Shown: piece by piece, positions 15,108 through 24,755 of the stretch | Layout: every line of letters begins with the position of its first letter | Position numbering within the stretch: the first letter of the stretch is position 1 | Assembly (NCBI GenBank): GCA_046757165.1 | Contig: JBHHXT010000058.1 | Coordinates: 1 to 24,755 of the forward strand | Source of the DNA: a bacterium | Lineage (GTDB): Bacteria > Zhuqueibacterota > Zhuqueibacteria > Oceanimicrobiales > Oceanimicrobiaceae | Length of the DNA stretch: 24,755 nt | Direction: 5' to 3' | Notes under the pieces: generated by a model | What the model was told of the DNA's origin: nothing | Databases searched by the model: none | What the model saw: the letters and a program-made list of their open reading frames with translations, nothing else | Position numbers and translations under genes: made by a program

Positions 15108-18100
15108 CTACTTCATCAAAATAAGCCGCTTCATACCTTGAAAATTTTTGGCCTCCAGCCTGTAAATGTAAACACCGCTGGCGACTTTGACGCCGCTTTC
15201 ATTTCTGGCGTTCCAAACCACTTTATGTTCACCGGCAGTGGCTTGGCCATAATAAAGCGTTTTGACAAGCTGCCCCATCATGTTGTAAATGGTCAGTTTG
15301 ACTTTGCCCGCTTCCGGTACGGCAAAAGAAATCACTGTCGTCGGATTGAACGGATTGGGGTGATTCTGCGCCAGCCCAAATTCACCAGGCAATCCTAAAG
15401 ATTCCAGGTTACTGACAGCTGATTTATGGGCTTTGCCGTTATGATCATCATCATCGTCATCGTCATCTTTGGATAGGTCAGCGCTGACGGTTGCTGTGCC
15501 CACGTTCCCAGCGGCATCGGTGGCGGTGCAGACTAAAACGGGCGCTTCGGTACCTTTAACTTCTTTCAGATTTCCGTTCTTGTCAAACTTGAATTCGTGC
15601 TTGTGATCTCCGGTGATTTTGAGTTTCAATTCTTGACCGTCGTTGACGGCTACACCGCCAGCGCTTTGAACCGCTGCCCATAAGCCGTGCGGGTCCGGTC
15701 CTGCGACCTTCACTTTATTCTTTTTCAGGTCATATTTCAGCTTGTTTTCTTTTTTCACATGGAATTCTACTGTCGGGTTGGTTAAGGAGGGTGCCTGCAT
15801 GACAGCGGTCAAATCAAGAATACTCGAGCAATTATCTGTTGCGCTGCACTGGACTGCAAACCTGCCCTCGTCATTATCATCATCTTCCTCGTCGTCATCA
15901 TCGCCTGGCACTGAAATGAGGTCGGCGGTGATGACCGGCGGGGTGTTATCCACGACATTGACGGTAATATCCGTGCTGCAGCTTCCGCCGTTGCCGTCAT
16001 CAGCCATCACAGTGACTACGTTCGCGCCCAGAACCAGCGTGGTCGGGTTGACGGTGATGGTCAATGGGTCGCCATCCGGATCGGTCACGCCTGTGACGTC
16101 CGCGCCGGAGATGGTGGCGCCGCAACTGGCATCCGCGTTTTGGTCGGCGATGGCTGCGAGATTGCAGTCGGGATCCTGATTTGAGGGTACTTCCGGCGGC
16201 GGTGTGCCGCAAACGTGGGTGCCGGGTGCGTCCGGGTCCATCTTGGTGATGAAACAGTCGAAACCGCCGGCAAGGGTGGATTGCAAGGCTGATGTGGTGA
16301 CGGGGAAATCTGTAGAACTTGTTCCCCCAACCGCATAAAGCGCACCGGCGGCGTCCACTTGGATGTCGGTGATGAAGTCATTTCCAGTGCAGCCGAAATA
16401 GGTAGAGAACTCGATGGTGGACCCGTCCGCGCTCAGCCTTGTCAGCGTTGCGTCTAATCCACCAATAAGCGAGTTCTGGAAGTGATTGACCGTGGGAAAG
16501 TCGGTCGAAGCGGTGTTCCCGCCGACGTATATTCTGGCCGAGGCATCCAGGATTATGTTGGAAGGGAATTCATTTCCGTTCCCACCGAGGTAAGTGGAGA
16601 CACTGAAGGCCGTCCCGCCCGCGTTAATTTTCGTCACAAAGAGGTCGCCCGTTGATCCCCCACCACCAAACGCGGCTTGTACCGGCGACACCGTCGGGAA
16701 ATCGGTCGATTTGGTGTAGCCCGTCACGTATGCATTGCCTGCTGCATCCAGAACGAGATCGATCGCCTCATCATTGTTCGAGCCGCCGATGAACGTGGAA
16801 TAAAGGAGCGCTGTCCCCGAAGGGTTGAGCTTCGCAGCGTATGCCTCTAAGGGAGTGCCACTGAACACAGCGTCTGGAGGAGAGCCTGCCAGGGGGAAAT
16901 TAGTCGAGCGAGTGCCACCTGCCACGTACACATTGCCCGCCGCGTCAACCTCAACAGCGTTAACTCCCTCGTTGGCTGCTCCGCCCAGGAAAGTCGCCCA
17001 GTCCAAGGCCGTACCGCTGGGATTGAGCTTAAACACAACGCCGTCGGCCTGGCCGTTGATAGTCTGATCGAAGACTCCTGCTGTAACCGGGAAATTAGCG
17101 GACAGACTAAGCCCGGCTACATAGACGCTGCCGTCTGTACCCAGGGCAATAGCGTGATCTCCGACTCGTTCGGTGTTGTTGCCGCCGACGTAGGTCGAGT
17201 AGACGAGCGCCGTGCCAGTTGGGTTGAGCTTGGTTACGGCGATGTCCGACTGACCACCGCCGAATGCTGTCTGGAAGGCTCCGGACGTCGTCGGGTAGTC
17301 GTTCGATCTGGGATCAGCCACCAGGTAGGCGTTTCCGGCTGCGTCCACCTTGAGCCCCAAGAACCGTCCATCCGTATGATCGTGGTTGCTGCCGCCGATG
17401 AACGTCGAGTAGAGCAGAGTCGTACCCGTTGGGTCCAGTTTAGCGAGATAGTTGTCTCGGAGGCCGGGGCTGTTGTGCGTCACGTCGAACGCCCCAGCCG
17501 TCGTCGGAAAGTTGGCGCTGGGCGTCACGCCGGCGAGGTAGGCATTGCCGGCAGCATCCACTTCGATTCGTGTCGCACCGTCGAAGCCATTCCCGCCGAG
17601 GTAGGTCGAGTAGAACAGCACCGGGTCGATCACTAGCTCGCGGCTCGGGTCATAATCGCCAATCTCGAAACCAACCTGGTTGTCGGCCAGCAAGGCGTAC
17701 TTCCCATCAACTCTCGCGAGATAGCTATCATGTTGCTGGTAGAGTACCGGTTCGCGCAGCACCACGTCTCCGGTGGCCGTCGCCAGTACCAACTCGCCGT
17801 CCGCCAGCGATATTGCCTCGGCGCCGTCGAAAGACAGGCTTATGGCCGAGGGGTCAATACCTGGCGCGATCACGAAGTCGTACTCAAGCTGACCCTGCTT
17901 GCCATAATAAACCACATCGATTCCGGGCCAGATGTCGTCGTAACGCACCTTGCGGTACTGAGCAACATTAGTTTGCCACTGTTCCGGATCACTGCCCTTG
18001 AAGTAGTTACTGGCACCGGGCAAACGCTCGACGCCCTCGGCCTGGGCCTCAGGGTTTGCCCCTACGAGTACGAGATGCAGGCCAAAGCCGGTCTCGTCCG

Positions 18101-18377
18101 GACCGTCGAGCGACATGGCCACGCGCTCGCCCGTTAGAAATAAACCGTAGCCCGGCCCACGCGCCATAAATTGCACGGCGTCGCCGGTCTGGCCCTCATT
18201 GGCCTCAAACGCCAGCGGCAGCTTTCCGAATGCCTGCTTAGTATCAGCAGGATCATTGGCGGAAACCGTCGCATCTGCGCTGTTTTGGTCGGTTGAAAAG
18301 CTCCCTTTCTGCGTCATCGCCAACAAGATAGTCAGCAGCAGAATCCCCAGCACTCCAATAATTCTTGAAAGTTTCAT
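15108..18377 (-). CDS. Secreted SBBP beta-propeller repeat protein with Ig/HYR-like domains and C-terminal FlgD/T9SS-type sorting domain
   Basis: N-terminal hydrophobic signal; LPLAFEANEGQ..LEYDFVIAPG..LVIDP domain; repeated YSTYLGG..VDAAGNAY..G.T.S.NFP; DNTPPVIT..ATDAAGN; C-terminal LAQNHPNPFNPTTVISF..VASGVYIYRL. Confidence 0.9.
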   Translation of the reverse strand: MKLSRIIGVLGILLLTILLAMTQKGSFSTDQNSADATVSANDPADTKQAFGKLPLAFEANEGQTGDAVQFMARGPGYGLFLTGERVAMSLDGPDETGFGLHLVLVGANPEAQAEGVERLPGASNYFKGSDPEQWQTNVAQYRKVRYDDIWPGIDVVYYGKQGQLEYDFVIAPGIDPSAISLSFDGAEAISLADGELVLATATGDVVLREPVLYQQHDSYLARVDGKYALLADNQVGFEIGDYDPSRELVIDPVLFYSTYLGGNGFDGATRIEVDAAGNAYLAGVTPSANFPTTAGAFDVTHNSPGLRDNYLAKLDPTGTTLLYSTFIGGSNHDHTDGRFLGLKVDAAGNAYLVADPRSNDYPTTSGAFQTAFGGGQSDIAVTKLNPTGTALVYSTYVGGNNTERVGDHAIALGTDGSVYVAGLSLSANFPVTAGVFDQTINGQADGVVFKLNPSGTALDWATFLGGAANEGVNAVEVDAAGNVYVAGGTRSTNFPLAGSPPDAVFSGTPLEAYAAKLNPSGTALLYSTFIGGSNNDEAIDLVLDAAGNAYVTGYTKSTDFPTVSPVQAAFGGGGSTGDLFVTKINAGGTAFSVSTYLGGNGNEFPSNIILDASARIYVGGNTASTDFPTVNHFQNSLIGGLDATLTRLSADGSTIEFSTYFGCTGNDFITDIQVDAAGALYAVGGTSSTDFPVTTSALQSTLAGGFDCFITKMDPDAPGTHVCGTPPPEVPSNQDPDCNLAAIADQNADASCGATISGADVTGVTDPDGDPLTITVNPTTLVLGANVVTVMADDGNGGSCSTDITVNVVDNTPPVITADLISVPGDDDDEEDDDNDEGRFAVQCSATDNCSSILDLTAVMQAPSLTNPTVEFHVKKENKLKYDLKKNKVKVAGPDPHGLWAAVQSAGGVAVNDGQELKLKITGDHKHEFKFDKNGNLKEVKGTEAPVLVCTATDAAGNVGTATVSADLSKDDDDDDDDHNGKAHKSAVSNLESLGLPGEFGLAQNHPNPFNPTTVISFAVPEAGKVKLTIYNMMGQLVKTLYYGQATAGEHKVVWNARNESGVKVASGVYIYRLEAKNFQGMKRLILMK

Positions 18378-18471
18378 GATCTGTCACCTTCCATTTTAGT
18401 TGTTTATTGTGTAGAAACCGTCTGAATCAGTCATCACCCCCTTTGTTCGTTATTTGTGCAGGCTGAGCTGA

Positions 18472-18647
18472 GAAGCCGACCTTTTTTGAGGCGTCGGGTC
18501 CCGGCTCACCTATTTGTGAAATTACCGATGCCATCGCTCGAAGCGATGGCATCGGTCCGCTTGTTCATCACCGTCAGGATTCCAAACCCTCACCGGGTTA
18601 AAATAGGACCTTCAGGAGAAGGCGACCTTTTCAAAAAGATCGTTTTC
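18472..18647. repeat. Cluster of REP-like palindromes
   Basis: GAAGCCGACCTTTT.. (18472), perfect 15-bp stem ACCGATGCCATCGCT-CGA-AGCGATGGCATCGGT (18524-18556), degenerate CCGTCAGGATTCCAAACCCTCACCGG, GAAGGCGACCTTTTCAAAAAGATCGTTTTC (18618). Confidence 0.65.
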
Positions 18648-18719
18648 GGGTCTCCTGCGGCATCGCGTTGAATGTCTGGATAAAAGATAAAGAAAAAGGT
18701 TTGGGAAAATCTTTCACAT

Positions 18720-18748
18720 ATCACGCAAATGTTTTTAGAAATCACGCA
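18720..18748 (-). promoter_or_regulatory. Candidate AraC/HTCS binding site upstream of the SBBP gene
   Basis: Direct repeat ATCACGCA at 18720 and 18741 (21-bp period), upstream of a TATCTT -10-like element on the minus strand. Confidence 0.5.
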
Positions 18749-18763
18749 TTCTGATCTTTACTC

Positions 18764-18800
18764 TTGCTTTTATACGCACATGGTATTATATTTGGTATCA
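18764..18800 (+). promoter_or_regulatory. Candidate sigma70 promoter and operator of the TA operon
   Basis: TTGCTT-17 nt-TATATT, with TGGTAT direct repeats on both sides of the -10. Confidence 0.45.
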
Positions 18801-18976
18801 CATTCAGGAAGTAGTCTATTTATTTAGTGATTGACGAAAACTATTCTCACTTGCCCGAAGGCCCGCTTGCCGAGAGTGGATCTCTGCTTAGCTTAGTTAT
18901 AGTTGGCTGGGCGGGGACGCCTTCGCGAAGAAGTTTTTCCAGTTTTCGGTCAATCACTACTTAGGAGACCCAAGGC

Positions 18977-19411
18977 TTGGAAAAGACGCCGCTTGTGGTT
19001 CTGGATACAAACGTATTGGTGGCTGGCCTATGTAGGCGGGCAAATTCGCCGAGCTTCAAGATTCTCCAGAATATTCAAAAAGAGATTATTCCGTTGGCCT
19101 TGACGCATAAGCTTTATTTGGAGTACGAATCTGTAGTAACCAGACAGAATATCCTGAGGCTCATAGATGCGAGCGTCGAAGAGGTACGGCTTGTTCTGGA
19201 CGCGCTGGTAGCCATTGCACACAAATCTGACGTGCACTATCTGTGGCGGCCAAATCTGCCTGATGAAACAGATAATTTTGTATTAGAGACAGCGGTGGCC
19301 ACCGGGGCGATTGTTGTTACAAAAAACATCAGGGACTTTCAACGTGGCGAGTTGAAGTTTCCCGAACTCATCATTGTGAAGCCTAAACAATTTTGCGATT
19401 CATACTCATAA
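18977..19411 (+). CDS. PIN-domain protein, putative TA toxin
   Basis: VVLDTNVLVAGL, LYLEYESV, WRPNLPDETDNFVLETAV, IVVTKNIRDF; TTG start. Confidence 0.9.
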   Translation: MEKTPLVVLDTNVLVAGLCRRANSPSFKILQNIQKEIIPLALTHKLYLEYESVVTRQNILRLIDASVEEVRLVLDALVAIAHKSDVHYLWRPNLPDETDNFVLETAVATGAIVVTKNIRDFQRGELKFPELIIVKPKQFCDSYS

Positions 19412-19427
19412 AATGAGGAGAGCAGAG

Positions 19428-19697
19428 ATGAGCGCCATATCCATCCGATTACCCGATGACCTCAAAGATAAGGCAATGCGCCTCGCCAAGAAGAAAAACA
19501 TCTCTTTCAACAGTTTGGTCAACCATTGGCTGCAGGCTGCGGTGATGCAAGACGACACCCTCGAGTGGATGAAAAGACAGTTGAGCGGGAAGCAACCTGA
19601 ACTTGTGATCGCCAAATTTGGTGAATTTCTGGAAAAAACAAGACCGGGCGACGAACCAACATCGGACGAGATCGAAAGGGCGATCTCCGGTCAGTAG
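19428..19697 (+). CDS. Ribbon-helix-helix (HicB/CopG-like) putative antitoxin
   Basis: MSAISIRLPDDLKDKAMRLAKKKNISFNSLV; GAGGAG RBS before ATG 19428; directly after the PIN gene. Confidence 0.85.
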   Translation: MSAISIRLPDDLKDKAMRLAKKKNISFNSLVNHWLQAAVMQDDTLEWMKRQLSGKQPELVIAKFGEFLEKTRPGDEPTSDEIERAISGQ

Positions 19698-19794
19698 AAT
19701 GCCCCCCCTTGTCGTTTTCATAAACTTTAGACGGGATGAATCAAATACGTCGCTAGATTTATGAAACTAAGTGCATCCGGAAAGGAGGCTATTT

Positions 19795-19880
19795 TGTCAT
19801 TCCGGTTGCGCAGCATACCGGAATCTCCTGGCTTCAAGCACGAGATCCCGGCATTCGGCTTCGCTCCAGCCGGAATGACA
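19795..19880. repeat. GTCATTCC-type nested palindromic element (86 bp)
   Basis: TGTCATTCCGG...CCGGAATGACA terminal inverted repeat with internal TTCCGGT..ACCGGAA hairpin; between convergent genes. Confidence 0.75.
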
Positions 19881-19906
19881 GCGTCAGCGGATGGACACTA
19901 CTTTAC

Positions 19907-24421
<4,515 letters not shown>

Positions 24422-24709
24422 TTAGAAGAATAATTCTGTGAAATGTTGAACCATGGTTTGCTCTACAAATCCCATCGGAAAATGGTCCTGTCATTCCCGC
24501 TCCTGCATTCGTAGAGCCGACTCTGTACAAGAATTTTCTACTTAGAGTCATACAACAGGATCTCCCCGCAATTTGGCCAGGGGTGATGGTTGCCAACTCC
24601 AGTTTCCGATCAGATTTAAAAGTCTTGGTTTGAATTATCTAAATATACAGTACAAGTTACTGATTGGCAATTTATTTTTTTTGAGGCTAAAAGTAATACC
24701 TTAAAGAAA

Positions 24710-24740
24710 GAAGCCGACCTTCTTTAAGAAGGCCGGCTTC
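24710..24740. repeat. REP-like or terminator palindrome
   Basis: GAAGCCGACCTTCTT-T-AAGAAGGCCGGCTTC; first 12 nt identical to 18472-18483. Confidence 0.65.
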
Positions 24741-24755
24741 AACTTACTTACTTCG

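Noticed and set aside
16250..17620. Periodic repeats in the SBBP gene as a CRISPR or DNA repeat array
   Set aside because: They are degenerate protein-level propeller repeats within one ORF, with no identical DNA repeats or spacers.

Overview
Accessory region of a Gram-negative bacterium, probably FCB group (KSB1/Calditrichaeota/Ignavibacteria-like; inferred from the NxPNPFNP C-terminal sorting domain, the HTCS and the ECF/FecR pair). Left half (minus strand, 137-12454) is a co-oriented sugar locus: ECF sigma, FecR, a TonB-dependent transducer, a structured ~600-nt spacer with mini-ORFs, a paralogous TonB-dependent receptor, a Na+/solute symporter, a single-domain sucrose-phosphate-synthase-like GT4 and a PfkB fructokinase-like kinase. 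No glycoside hydrolase, SusD or phosphatase is present in the window. The middle (12496-14871) is an IS scar: IS1380 5' fragment, an internally deleted IS66 with intact ends, and an IS91-like 3' fragment ending at an attC-like hairpin. Next to it is an unannotated 51-codon zinc-ribbon ORF with TGA at a Cys position. Right half: a secreted SBBP beta-propeller protein, a palindrome cluster with a candidate AraC-type operator, a PIN/RHH toxin-antitoxin pair, and a 1504-aa hybrid two-component system with an in-frame palindromic insertion. All family assignments are from motif recognition, not database searches.
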